From: Spirochaetia bacterium
GTDB taxonomy: Bacteria; Spirochaetota; Spirochaetia; DSM-16054; Sediminispirochaetaceae
Length of the DNA: 64,000 bases
Assembly (NCBI GenBank): GCA_034520965.1
Contig: JAXHMY010000007.1
Coordinates: forward strand, 128,001-192,000
Reading direction: 5' to 3'
A program made the translations under genes and the position numbers. The notes below the pieces were generated by a model. The model saw only the letters and a program-made list of their open reading frames with translations. It was not told the origin of the DNA and searched no databases. Positions 11,474-22,443 of the stretch are shown here, one piece after another. Position 1 is the stretch's first letter; each line of letters starts with the position of its first letter.

Positions 11474-12531
11474 CTCTTCCCCCTGGCGACCAGCAGATAT
11501 ATGAACAGGGGGCCTCCTAAAAGTGAGGTGAGTATTCCCACCGGCAGGACCATCGGGGACAGCACCGTCCTGGCCGCTGTATCAGCTGCAAGCAGGACGA
11601 TTGCCCCTATCAGGGGCGAGGCGATGAGCAGAAAGCGGTGATCTCCTCCCAGAATCCGTTTTGCTATATGCGGGGCGAGCAGACCGATAAAGGCTATAAT
11701 TCCGAAAAAAGATACAATGACTGCGGATAGAAGGGATGCGGCGGTCATACCGGCAACCCTGACGGCTCCTGTTTTCACGCCGAGGCCCTTGGCCGTCTCT
11801 TCCCCCGTATCCAGCACATTGAAGTCCCAGCGGTAATAGAGAAACAGCAGACTGACAGGGAGCAAGGTCAGCGCGGTAATCGTGAGCACGTGCCAATCGG
11901 CCCTGCCCAGATCGCCGAAGCTCCAGGATACTATGCTTGCCAGCTGTATGCTGTCGGCCAGGTATTGCATAAGCGTGAGGCCGGCGGAGAAGAGCGAACC
12001 TATGGCAATGCCTGCCAGGACAATACTCTCGGCGGAGATTTTGGTTAACACCGCCAGCAGGAGAATAGCCACGGTGGAGAGAATGCAGAAGAAGAAGGCG
12101 GATAAAGCGACCGCGAAGCTGTTGCTAATAAGAACGGTAGAAGTAGTACCGGTTCCCGCCCCGAAAAAAACGATTGCAAAGGAGGCGCCGAAGGCTGCCG
12201 CGCTGGAAAGACCCAGGGTGTAGGGTGAGGCCAGGGGATTGCGGAGGACAGACTGCATCACCGTACCCGACAGGGAGAGTCCTGCCCCCGCCAGCAGGGC
12301 CGCAATTATCCGCGGCATCCTTACTTCCCAGACGATCCTACCCGGTCCGGTGGCGTCCAGCCGCAGGAGCAACGACAGCACCTCTTTCAGGGGTATCCGG
12401 ATAGTTCCTGCGGCGGCAGAGATAAGCAGCAGCAGCACAAGTATGAATCCGACAGCAGCCAGGAAAAGAATCTTGCCTTTAATGTAGCCCCTGTAAAGGT
12501 TCTGTACTGAGTCCGATGTGCTGCGCATCAT
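11470..12531 (-). CDS. FecCD-family ABC permease
   Basis: RMPRI, LRNPLASPYTLG, GEETAKGLG, IAFIGLLAPHIA. Confidence 0.93.
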   Translation of the reverse strand: MMRSTSDSVQNLYRGYIKGKILFLAAVGFILVLLLLISAAAGTIRIPLKEVLSLLLRLDATGPGRIVWEVRMPRIIAALLAGAGLSLSGTVMQSVLRNPLASPYTLGLSSAAAFGASFAIVFFGAGTGTTSTVLISNSFAVALSAFFFCILSTVAILLLAVLTKISAESIVLAGIAIGSLFSAGLTLMQYLADSIQLASIVSWSFGDLGRADWHVLTITALTLLPVSLLFLYYRWDFNVLDTGEETAKGLGVKTGAVRVAGMTAASLLSAVIVSFFGIIAFIGLLAPHIAKRILGGDHRFLLIASPLIGAIVLLAADTAARTVLSPMVLPVGILTSLLGGPLFIYLLVARGKR

Positions 12532-12535
12532 GCTC

Positions 12536-13657
12536 TTAATTAAACCAATCTACCCTGCCGAGTCCGGCTTTCTGATGGGAGATAACCGAATTGTAGTCCA
12601 AATGTACATTGAAAAAGAGTTTCCACATCTCCTCCGCCTTTTTCTTTATATCTACATCACTGTACAGCTGCGGATAGAGGACTTTTCCGATATAGTAGAC
12701 ATTGATCAGCTGATTTTCCCAGTTGGTTCCGTAGTATTTGTACACCAGGGTGGTGTACACCTGCCGGTTGCCGAAAGCCGGGACCTGTTCTTCCAACACC
12801 TTTTGGTGCTGCATAAATCCGGATTTGGACAAGTTCACATTGGCCGCGTCGATAAACGCGTAGTCCGGGGCGGCGGCAATGAGATCCTCCAGAGAAGTCA
12901 TGTAGGGCTGGCGGTTATTGGCAGGATTACTGGGCATGACGTTATCAGTACCGGTAAGGTCAAAGGGGAGGTAATCGCCGGTGGTACGGAGAAGATCGGC
13001 GGGGCCGTAAAACATCATTCCCCCGGCATAGGCCCGCTTGGGGGACTCAAGCCGGGCAGCCCGGCTCTCAATATCTGTAAGAGCTGCGCTGATACCCTCA
13101 ATCAGCTTTTCGGCCCGGTTCGATTTGTCCAGCACTTTGCCTAGGCTTCTGAGCTGATGATAAAACTGTTCCGGGTCATACAGCTCGACATCGGCATTGA
13201 CGGCGAAGACCGGTATTCCCAAGACTGACTGCAGCTGATCCAACTCGCCGACATCTACAGTGGAGGAGATGATAATATCCGGGTCTGCCGCGATTATCCC
13301 TTCATGGTTCTCCGCGCTTCCTATGCTCGGCAGGTCTCTGAGCCCGGGATAGGCCAGGCGGTAGGTGGCTAAAGAAAAGAAATTATTTTCTGTTTTTTCA
13401 CGGCCATGGCCCTGATCTTCCACGGCAATAACTTTATCCACCGCATCTAAATAGCTTATCAGTCGCAAAGCGCCCGCTTCGAGGGCAACTATACTGTCTA
13501 TTTTTTCAGGGACTGAGACTGTGCGTCCCCGCATGTCGGTACTTTCAAAGGCTCCTCCGCTTTCAGGCACTTCCTGCTCCGCCATTGCAAACAGCCCGGC
13601 ATTGATGCAGATGAACAGAAGGACAATAAGTTTTTTACCGATAGATCTGTATTCCAT
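12536..13657 (-). CDS. Metal-chelate ABC substrate-binding protein (class III)
   Basis: Signal peptide, TDMRGRTVSVP, PDIII; operon with FecCD permease. Confidence 0.88.
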   Translation of the reverse strand: MEYRSIGKKLIVLLFICINAGLFAMAEQEVPESGGAFESTDMRGRTVSVPEKIDSIVALEAGALRLISYLDAVDKVIAVEDQGHGREKTENNFFSLATYRLAYPGLRDLPSIGSAENHEGIIAADPDIIISSTVDVGELDQLQSVLGIPVFAVNADVELYDPEQFYHQLRSLGKVLDKSNRAEKLIEGISAALTDIESRAARLESPKRAYAGGMMFYGPADLLRTTGDYLPFDLTGTDNVMPSNPANNRQPYMTSLEDLIAAAPDYAFIDAANVNLSKSGFMQHQKVLEEQVPAFGNRQVYTTLVYKYYGTNWENQLINVYYIGKVLYPQLYSDVDIKKKAEEMWKLFFNVHLDYNSVISHQKAGLGRVDWFN

Positions 13658-13680
13658 TGTAAAACCTCCGATGAGTTGGT

Positions 13681-13710
13681 AGTAACACGAATAGTCTAAT
13701 GCGTGCTACT
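13681..13710. promoter_or_regulatory. Putative NikR operator
   Basis: AGTAACAC-N14-GTGCTACT imperfect inverted repeat 24 bp upstream of the ABC operon start, next to nikR. Confidence 0.65.
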
Positions 13711-13775
13711 CACAGAGAGGCTACAGGGTATCTTTTTCTCTGTCAATGCGGTGCTCGCCTGCACGCGGTAGGCGG

Positions 13776-14202
13776 CTATTTTTGTTTTGTGAGTACTTTC
13801 TGCAGTTCATCGGTGGCGGCGATAGTCAGGTCTCCGATTACTTTTCGACTGGAAAGCAGTTTCTCCGCCCAGGCATGCACTTCCTTGCCTTTGCCCTGCA
13901 CAATGAGAACCTTCACACACACCTCTTTGTCTGCATGCAGCTGGAGGTTGGCGGTAATTCTCACGGAAGGAAAGGGCTCTACCGATACCCGGGGCAGGCC
14001 GCTTTCGTAGTGGTACAGCAGCGTCAATGTCCCGAGTACCTGGTGCTCTTCATCTCCGGCGTAGGTGTTGATCGAGTTCCTGCCTGACCAGCCCCCGTAA
14101 GGTTTCCGAGCGGTTCGGATGGCCCTTTTCACGGGTCATCTTATCCAGCAGGTCCACCAGATCGCTGTCCATAGATACCCCGAAGCGAATAGTCTCTCCC
14201 AT
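13776..14202 (-). CDS. nikR: Nickel-responsive regulator NikR, one frameshift near 14070
   Basis: N-terminus MGETIRFGVSMDSDLVDLLD...NRSETLRGLVR (RHH); C-terminus GTLTLLYHY, LQLHADKEVC..VLIVQG. Confidence 0.8.
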
Positions 14203-14273
14203 ACATCCTCCTGGACCAATACTACCACGGATGGGGAGGTTATATAAACTACGGATATCTGGGGTTTTTTTAT

Positions 14274-14301
14274 TGACTAGTCAGACTAGTTAGTTTATAC
14301 T
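14274..14301 (+). promoter_or_regulatory. Promoter/operator of phd-vapC
   Basis: TTGACT (-35) inside palindrome TGACTAGTCA followed by GACTAGTT, TATACT (-10). Confidence 0.55.
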
Positions 14302-14320
14302 AATACTAAGGGAGGAATGT

Positions 14321-14563
14321 ATGCGTATATGGTCGCTACAGGATGCAAAGGCTCGTTTCAGTGAACTGGTGAATGTGTGCCTGGAGAGCGGGGCTCAGGT
14401 GATAACCCGGCATGGCCGGGAGGCGGTGGTGGTGTTGCCCGCCGATGAATACAGGCGGATCACGGCTCCGAAGCAGAGTTTAAAAGAGTTTTTTGTCGCG
14501 GCGCCGCGGGTTGAGTTACAGATCGATCGCTCCGGGGATACTGGACGGGAGGTGGAGCTGTGA
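14321..14563 (+). CDS. Phd/YefM family antitoxin
   Basis: WSLQDAKARFSELV, QVITRHGREAVVV. Confidence 0.92.
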   Translation: MRIWSLQDAKARFSELVNVCLESGAQVITRHGREAVVVLPADEYRRITAPKQSLKEFFVAAPRVELQIDRSGDTGREVEL

Positions 14564-14979
14564 TTTTGCTCGATACCTGTGTGATTTCCGAAGTTTTGCG
14601 TCCGGATCCTTCGGCGGAGGTTGTTGAGTGGCTGGACAGCTTGCCGGAAGAGCAGGTGTATCTGCCGGCCTTGGTACTGGGGGAGCTGGAGAAGGGGGTC
14701 GAGCTGCTGCCGGAGGGGTCCAAGCAAACCGCCCTAAGGGTGTGGCTGGAGCAGCTGCGCCGGCGTTTTAGCGGGCGGATTTTGAGTTTTGACGAGGAGA
14801 CGGCGGTACGCTGGGGCGATCTAAGTGCCCGCTGTCAGGGTACCGGCCGGCGCCTGCCGGTGGTGGACGGGATGCTGGCGGCCACGGCTTTGCAGTATGC
14901 AGCCTTGCTGGCAACCCGCAATGTGGAGGGTTTTCGCGAGACCGGGGTAACGCTTATCAACCCCTGGGAGGCGGGATAA
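14560..14979 (+). CDS. vapC: VapC PIN-domain toxin
   Basis: LLDTCVISE, DGMLAATA, ATRNV; overlaps antitoxin stop. Confidence 0.92.
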   Translation: MILLDTCVISEVLRPDPSAEVVEWLDSLPEEQVYLPALVLGELEKGVELLPEGSKQTALRVWLEQLRRRFSGRILSFDEETAVRWGDLSARCQGTGRRLPVVDGMLAATALQYAALLATRNVEGFRETGVTLINPWEAG

Positions 14980-15183
14980 GTAAACTAAGGATATAGTAAG
15001 TGTGTACAGACTGACACACAAGCTCACTCGGGCCGGCTACCGGCGATGGCCGGCGGGCTTCGGGCGGGCGGCAGCCGTCGCGCAGCGCGATAGCCATCCG
15101 CCCGGGCGGCCCCGGCCGTCTATGGAATTGCATTTTTAGAAAAAAGTTAAAGAGAGATACTGTACTCTCCAGCTTCCTTGTTG

Positions 15184-16518
15184 TCACCGGAATACGAAGG
15201 CCTGGGCATTTTCACTTGCTAAAAAGGTGTTGCCTTCAATTGCGAGAGCATCACCAAAAAAGAGATCGTCTTCGGGCGGGACAGGTGCGTAGAGTTTTGC
15301 CGTCAGCCCGTAGCTGCCGTTCTGATCATCAAAGACGAATACCGCCCCGGTGTTCCAATAGTCGGTGAAATCGACGTTGTTGTTTTCGTAGGGGGCCGCA
15401 ATCAGCACCCGGTTGCCCGAAATGGCTACGTTGTCGCCGAGCCGGCTGTGCTGATGCAGATCAAGCTGGATTTCATCCGTTGTATCGAGGTCGTCTCTTC
15501 CAAGTATGTAGGTATCGAGTGCCCAGCTGTTGCCGTCGTGAAGGTAAATATACCCCTTGCCGGTCCAGCCTCCGGTACTCTTGTCCAGATGGGATGCGCC
15601 GATAACCGCCGTATCCCCATCCAAATCGACACTTCGCCCGAAATTGTCCTTTGGGCTGCGGCTGTCAGTGGGGGGGACAAACTGGTCGGTCCGGCTCCAG
15701 GAGCCGTTGCTGTATTCGAAGGAGGCCACCGATCCGGAATTCGTGCCGTAGGTATCGTCGCCGGGCATACCGACCAGTGCCCGATTGCCTGAAATAGCTA
15801 CCTCCCAGCCAAAATTATCATTGTCGTTTTCCGTGGCCGGCTGCAGCTGTGTAGGTTCCCACACATCGGCACTGTTGAGGTCGAAAATATAGGCCTCTCC
15901 GCGGGTGGTAGATGTGGTATCTGTATTGCTGTTGTAGTGATCAGCCACCGGGGCCGATGCAATGATGCTGCTTCCATCCATATCCAGCATCCAGCCGAAC
16001 TTTTCCCCTCCCTCAGGGGTTTCTGCCCAGAGGCTGGTCATGTAGTCCCAGTTGTCGGTGGACGAGTTATATTCGAAAACCTGCACATTCCCAAGCCCGG
16101 TAGTATTACCTTCTTTGTAGTACGGGGTTCCAACCACCAGGTACTCATCCGTCATTGAGACGGCGGTGCCGAAGTAATAAAAGGTATGGCTCGGCCAGCC
16201 CTGCTCGGAGACCGGCTCTACAGTACCCTTATGGCTCCATGGCGAAGTGCTGCGATCGTAGATATGCACGACTCCCCGTCCGTTGGTGGGGCTCGTGTCA
16301 CCAGTATCACTAATTGCGGCAAAGCTCGGCGACATCGCCAGGCCCTGTCCAAAGCCGCTGCTGACTCCGTCGTCTATGGTATCCAAATGTTGCAGCTCGG
16401 CCGGCGGTTCGGGAGGGGATGCGGTCTCTCCCCCGCCGTTGTTCCCGTTATTACCGAGGGGCTGGTTACAACCCAAGACTATGAGTCCGGTAGCTAAAAG
16501 TAGAAGTACGTGTTTCAT
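15184..16518 (-). CDS. FG-GAP repeat beta-propeller lipoprotein
   Basis: Lipobox VLGC; repeated FG..V.(I/L)SG...(V/I)GAP units. Confidence 0.85.
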   Translation of the reverse strand: MKHVLLLLATGLIVLGCNQPLGNNGNNGGGETASPPEPPAELQHLDTIDDGVSSGFGQGLAMSPSFAAISDTGDTSPTNGRGVVHIYDRSTSPWSHKGTVEPVSEQGWPSHTFYYFGTAVSMTDEYLVVGTPYYKEGNTTGLGNVQVFEYNSSTDNWDYMTSLWAETPEGGEKFGWMLDMDGSSIIASAPVADHYNSNTDTTSTTRGEAYIFDLNSADVWEPTQLQPATENDNDNFGWEVAISGNRALVGMPGDDTYGTNSGSVASFEYSNGSWSRTDQFVPPTDSRSPKDNFGRSVDLDGDTAVIGASHLDKSTGGWTGKGYIYLHDGNSWALDTYILGRDDLDTTDEIQLDLHQHSRLGDNVAISGNRVLIAAPYENNNVDFTDYWNTGAVFVFDDQNGSYGLTAKLYAPVPPEDDLFFGDALAIEGNTFLASENAQAFVFR

Positions 16519-16532
16519 GGGTGGTATCCTTT

Positions 16533-17789
16533 TTATTTAGGTGATTGGTAGACGAAGAGCTCATCCCCGATGCTGCCGTTGTCGGCATTGAAATAGAGCC
16601 GGCCGTCGATCGCGGTCATACCGTAGGGGTAACTGCTGCCGGATCCCGGGTTGATGTCCCACACCAGCTCGGCGTTTTGTCCGTTATAGCGCCAAAGCTC
16701 ACGTCCGTGGCTGCCGTCGTCGGCTGAGAAGTAGAGCTGTCCGTCGTAGACTTCCAGGCTTCCGGGATAGTAGGGGGTATGTCCACCGGCGATATCATCG
16801 TGCCGGGTTACCGTATTCCCATCGTAGGAGTAGATGTACTCGCGCACGCCGTTGTTCGCGGTAAAGTAGAGCTTTGTACCGTATACCGTGACATCGCCGA
16901 TTTGCGCGTTGCCGCCGCTGCGAATAGTGGTTATTTGTTCATAGATTTCATTGTTTCCATCGGAATCGCCCTGATCGTACATGTACAGCTCGCGTCCATC
17001 TCCGTTGCCGCTGTCGGCCTCGAAGTAGAGATTTCCGTCGTAGACGAGCAATTCCGCGGGCATTGAACCGGTGGCACTGGGATTCACTTCTTCAAGGGCC
17101 GGCAGTTTCATGCTATTGGAAGCGCTGTCGTAGTAGTAGAGCTCCGAGTCGGAGTTGGTTTCGGCATTGAAATAGAGGGTATTGTTGTAGACAGTAATGT
17201 AGGCCGGCCATGAGGAGTACGTTCCGCTGAGGCCGGTGCGGAACTCTACCGTCGAGCCGTCGTAGCGGTAGAGGTTTTTCCCGTTACTGCCGTCATTGCC
17301 CTGAAAATAAATGTAGCCGTCATGGACGACCGCATGGCCCCAATGGCCGTCGCCGGCGCCGCTGTTGATATCTGCGGCCAGCGATGCACTGTCGCTGCCA
17401 GAGTTCACTTTCCACAGTTCCATCCCGCTGGCACTGTTTTCGGCCTGGAAATAGAGTGTGCCGTCGAACACGACAAAGGAATCAGGGTCGGAATCGTCAC
17501 TGCCGGAGTAGATGTCCTCTACCAAAGTGGCACTTGTCCCGTCGTATTTCCACAGTTCTACGCCATGGCTGCTGTCCTCGGCAGCGAAGTAGACTGCACC
17601 GGCATGGCCGATGAAATACTCCGGATCTGAGCTGCCGGAGCCTGCAACAATATCGGCGGCCAGCTCTTTGATTTCCGGTCGCGCATTGGTACCTCCGGCA
17701 CCGGTGCTCTCACAGCTCATAAGAATACTCAATGCCCCAATAAGGGTCACGGCCATTATAGCTGTCGTCATAATCTTGTTTGTTTTCAT
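16533..17789 (-). CDS. ELWxxDGT-repeat lipoprotein
   Basis: Lipobox LMSC; repeated LYF.A..G..G.ELW.YDG. Confidence 0.85.
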   Translation of the reverse strand: MKTNKIMTTAIMAVTLIGALSILMSCESTGAGGTNARPEIKELAADIVAGSGSSDPEYFIGHAGAVYFAAEDSSHGVELWKYDGTSATLVEDIYSGSDDSDPDSFVVFDGTLYFQAENSASGMELWKVNSGSDSASLAADINSGAGDGHWGHAVVHDGYIYFQGNDGSNGKNLYRYDGSTVEFRTGLSGTYSSWPAYITVYNNTLYFNAETNSDSELYYYDSASNSMKLPALEEVNPSATGSMPAELLVYDGNLYFEADSGNGDGRELYMYDQGDSDGNNEIYEQITTIRSGGNAQIGDVTVYGTKLYFTANNGVREYIYSYDGNTVTRHDDIAGGHTPYYPGSLEVYDGQLYFSADDGSHGRELWRYNGQNAELVWDINPGSGSSYPYGMTAIDGRLYFNADNGSIGDELFVYQSPK

Positions 17790-18198
17790 TTAACCTTACC
17801 TCCTAACTCAAGAATACTGCGCTTCCGGAGGATTACACATAGTCAATTTGTCCAGGGGGTAAAGGCCTGGAGTTAGGATAAAAGGCTGTAACAATAGTTG
17901 GTTGGAAGAGGGAGGGCCGGTGCGGCTTACTTTTTGTCGTGTGTTTCGGTTGCGCCCTGCAGTCGCCCGCGGAGCCAGACCAGCTCGGTTCGTGATCCGA
18001 GACCAAGTTTGACAAGTGCATTCGAAAGATGGCTGTCCAACCTAATCACAAGTGCGTGAAAACCCGGGGTATCGAGCTCCAATAGGGATAATGGCGTCGA
18101 TATTTGCTCTCTGCTTATAAAGGGTTTCTCTGCCATACATTATAGTAATAGTAATGTATGGCAGGAAAATCAAATTCTCACTCTATTTCCCTTTAAAC

Positions 18199-18685
18199 CT
18201 ACTCTCCAACCACGATCGTGAGCGCGCCGCTTGATGGCAGAGTCTCACCGTCGGGATAAGTCCCATTGAAACTGACCGAATCGGCGAGGTTTCCATCCAC
18301 ATAGATGCTCAAGGTAACGTTGGTAAGGGTAACCCCATCGTCTTCGCCGTCCGAGTCCAGCATGGTGATGTTGATACTTGCACCCGTGCAACCGGGAAGG
18401 GTCTCGGTAAGGAGCGTACCATCATCCGGATCAATGGAGGCGTACTTGGGATCCGATGGGTCGGAGAAATCTCCCGAGGGTTTCACCCAGGTGGTCGCTA
18501 CACTTACGCTGTCGGTGTAGCTTCCACTGAACCTCCACTCGACTGTGTGGGTGGTAGTATCATCGCAGGTGCTGCTGCTCCCTCCATCCATCTGCACCGG
18601 CACTCTCACAACCGATGAGCAGTACGATCAGGCTTACCAGAATCAAAGTTCCGAATAGTGCTGTTTTTATGTATTTGTTACTCAT
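18199..18685 (-). CDS. Acidic lipoprotein, frameshift near 18590
   Basis: GGAGG RBS, MSNKYIKTALFGTLILVSLIVLLIGC-ES, continuing into ORF 18199-18609. Confidence 0.6.
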
Positions 18686-19116
18686 ATTTTCCTCCTTTTA
18701 TAGTAACTAATATGGGGCGGAAAAACGGGAATCTCTGTAGTCAATTTGTCGAGGTGGTTTCGGTTTCGCCGGGAGGTATGGAAGAAACACTAAGATGCAG
18801 GTAAAAGAAATTCTAAACAGGGCTGTTAAGCTATATATTAAGGCCGCTGTGGCTGTCTTCATCCGGATGGGGAGGTTATGTAAACTACGGATATATCGGG
18901 TAGGGCAAGGTGGGCAACACGGATGGGCACAGATGGTGTTGGCAGGTTAACCGGCTCCTAACTGTGTTTATCAGTGGTTGCGGAAATATTTTTAAAATAA
19001 CTGAAAAGTGAACAACAGAAGGTTTCTTCCGAGACCATCTACAATTATATTGACTAATGCTGGAATGGAGTTAGGCTTGAATTGTTGCAGCTGGGACACA
19101 TTTAAGACCTGACCTT

Positions 19117-21999
19117 TTACTCCACAACTGGCTCAGGTTTTTCAACTGGGAATTTGATGGTAAATTTTGGAGAGGGGCTCTTTTCTAATTCCAGGGTTCC
19201 CTCTAACTGCTTTATGAGGATAGATATTAGCTTTAAGCCTGAGGTTTCCGTATTCTCTATATCAATATCATCGGGAAATGGATTTCCGCTATTCGAAAGG
19301 CTAAAGCGATAGAGCTTGCTGTCTTTATCTTCTACGAAGCTCACGGTAAATATAGCTCCATCTTTTGGAGGTAAAGCCGTATTTAATAGCGTTTGTGGCT
19401 ATCTCGTTTGCGATTAAACCCAGGGAGATCGTAGTCTTGGTGGAAATGCTCAGCTCTTCAATTTCATTGATTATTCGTACATTCCTGTCGGCGGTGGAAG
19501 AGAATATTGTTTTCAAAAGTTCCTGGAAGTATTCTCTTACCTCAATTCTGTCTAATTCAGTGTAATGCTGGAGCTTCTCATGCACCAATTGAATTGCATC
19601 TATTCTATGTTTCAGGTCGGATAGATCAGCTTCAGACTCTGAGTCTTTTAAGCTGATAAGAGAGGATACCATGGAGAGGTTGTTTTTTACCCTGTGGTTG
19701 AGCTCTTTCATCAGGAAGTCCTTTTCTATGAGAGCTTTTCTGAGGGCTTTTTCATTGTTCTTGCGCTCGGTAATATCGCGAATGCTCGATACCACGAACT
19801 TCTTTTTTCCTTCGGTGTAGAGGTAGGCACTGGCACTTCTATCGGAATAACGCAACACCGTCTTTTCTTATATTCTCGGTTTCGAAGGTAAGATGTTGTT
19901 TACGCTTTAGTTCTTGGGCATACTGATGCATTGCAGATACGCTGTTCTCCGGTATTACACTTTTAGCAGACATATTCAGGAGCTTTCCCTGCCGTACTGC
20001 AATAAAATACTGGCCTGTTCATTTACCGCGATATTCTGGCTCGGCAGATCATCCTCGTCTATCCCATGGACGAAGATGGCGTCGTTTGAGTAATTAAAGA
20101 GCAAGCGGTATTTTTCTTCACTCTCTTTCAAGGCTTTCTCTTTTTCTCTTCTTTCTGTGAGGTTCCGGGAAACCCCGAAGTGATACTTCTCCTCCGTCGA
20201 GCATGAAAAAGATGCCATTCACTTCGACGGGTATCTCCTTTCCGCTTTTGTGTCTATGGATAGTCTCAAACAATACAGTGGTCCCCTCCGGTTGGTCCTT
20301 CCAGAATTCGATAAAACGCGCAGATGGAAAGTTTAGGTCGACATCGTCGATTGTTAATTGCAGCAGCTCTTCCTTTGAATAGCCGAGCATTTTACAGGCA
20401 GTATAATTGGCCTGGAAAATTTTGCCCGTTTCGTTTAGTAAATACACCGCATCGATACTGTTTTCCATCAAATTGCGGTACAGAGCCTCCTTTGCGCGAA
20501 GCTCCTTTTCCGCCTGTTTTTGCTCGGTAATGTCCATTACGGTAAAGGTAACCCCCTGGGAGATGTCGGCCGGATGGATGGGGGATGAGGCAAGAAGAAC
20601 TTCCATGATCGTCCCGTCTTTTTTTTGCCAGCGGGTTTCAACCCTTCCGCTGCCCTGTGTATCTATCTGACGGTACTTCTCTGAGCCGACGTACTCAAAA
20701 TCCTCTTGAGACGCATAGAAAATCCGGGCGGGCTTACCGATAAGCTCATCACGGCAGTAGCCGTCATAAAACAGAGTTTTTCGTTTGCTTCTACTATTGT
20801 CCGTTTTTTTCTGCCTTGAACGACCCCGATGCCCGTGGGAGCCGCCTTCAAGATGCTCGTGATTTTGTCGCTGCTCTCCTTCAATTCCGCCTCCACCTGT
20901 TTTTGGGCTGTCAAGTCATGGCCAATAATGAGGGCTGCGGGTGAAGAGTTGAAGGTTATCGGTATCGAGGTGGATTCGCAGCAGCGGGTTTTTCCGTCCC
21001 GGCGAAGGATAATAATTTCCTCGGCAGGATTTTTACGGCCGGCTTCGAGTTTTTCCATTCGTTCTTTGACTCTTTTGAGCGAGTCCGCGGAAACAGTCGG
21101 CCCCACGGGTGTACCTATGAGCTCTTGGGCAGAGGCATACCCCCACATTTCCGCCGCACTGGGGTTGCTGTAGACATATTTCCCATCTTGAACTACGAGT
21201 ATAGGAGTAGGTGCGGAACGCAGCAAAAGATCGTACTGTTCCCGCTGCCTGTCGAGTTCCTCCTGCATGAGCTTGGATTCGGTTATATCCTGGACGTGGG
21301 TTACGAAGTGGAGGGGTTTTCCCTCTGAATCACGCAGAAGCATGCTGTTGACATCGGCCCATACTACCGTGCCGTTTTTGCGGATATAGCGTTTGATGAA
21401 CTGTCTGCTATCGGTCTTCCCATCGAGCATTGATTTCATTTGATCGACACTCATTTCGACATCTTCCGGGTGGGTCAGTTTCGTAAAATTAACCGAGAAA
21501 ATTTCCGTCGGTGAATAACCGAGCATAGAGGCAAAGGCCTCGTTTACCCGCAGGAGTTCTCCGGTGGGGGAGGTGAGGACCATTCCAACGGAGGTATACT
21601 CAAAGGCTTTGCGGAACTTATCCTCGCTCTCCCAGAGGCGAAAGGCCATCCTGATAGAGGCAAGCAGTACCGTCTCGCCAGAGTTTTTAACGATGTAGCC
21701 GTAGGAGGTAATGCCCTCGGTCTTTTCCACTACCGCCGGCTCAGTATGGGAGGAGAGAAATACAACCGGCAGGTCGCGGGTCTCGAGTATTTTTTCGGCA
21801 GCTTCGGTTCCGTCCATTCCAACGCCCAGATCGATGTCCATGAGTATAAGGGAAATGTCGGGATCCCAGGCAGCCTCTTCGACGGCTTTCCGGCCGCTGT
21901 AGACGGTGCTTACCTCAAAGCCGGTGCTTTTTCAGCATCCGGGCTTCGGACATTGCGATAATTGCCTCATCTTCGACTCAAGAGGATCTTTCTGGACAC
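19117..21999 (-). CDS. Hybrid REC-multiPAS histidine kinase (HisKA_2/HWE type), several frameshifts
   Basis: Receiver (VEDEA, MDIDLG..MDG, YGYIVK), several PAS/PAC repeats, ELNHRVKNNL, NEIATNAIKY, GLKLI. Confidence 0.85.
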
Positions 22000-22168
22000 T
22001 AGACACCTTCTTCGGTTGCTTCTTCAGCTCCTTCTTCGGAGGAACTCTCAGGCTATACCTGATTCGTAAGCCATAGCCATATCGACTATCAAGTTAAATA
22101 AAGTGCTTGATTAAATTGGGACCATACTTGAAGTGGGTCTGGAGCGATCTCTATGTCGCATTACTAAA

Positions 22169-22276
22169 AGCTCGCTGTTGGCTTCCGGCTCCGCTGGTAT
22201 CTCCTGCACCGGCGCTCTCGCAACCGGTAAGCAATACCATAAGGCTTGCCAGAATCAAAGTGCCGAATAGGGCTGT
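22169..22276 (-). pseudogene. Remnant of a lipoprotein signal region paralogous to the gene at 18685
   Basis: Translates TALFGTLILASLMVLLTGCESAGAG, no start codon; nucleotide similarity to 18595-18665. Confidence 0.65.
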
Positions 22277-22443
22277 TAAGCTATTTATTAAGGCCGCTGT
22301 GGCTGTATTCATCCGGATGTTATATAAACTAGGGATATATTGCCCTGGTGGCGTGCTTTACGCGTATACTCGTCGCGCATACTCGTAGTTATTTAACTTG
22401 TCTCTGCTGCACAAGACGTGTATGATCTAGTTCAGTTAACATC

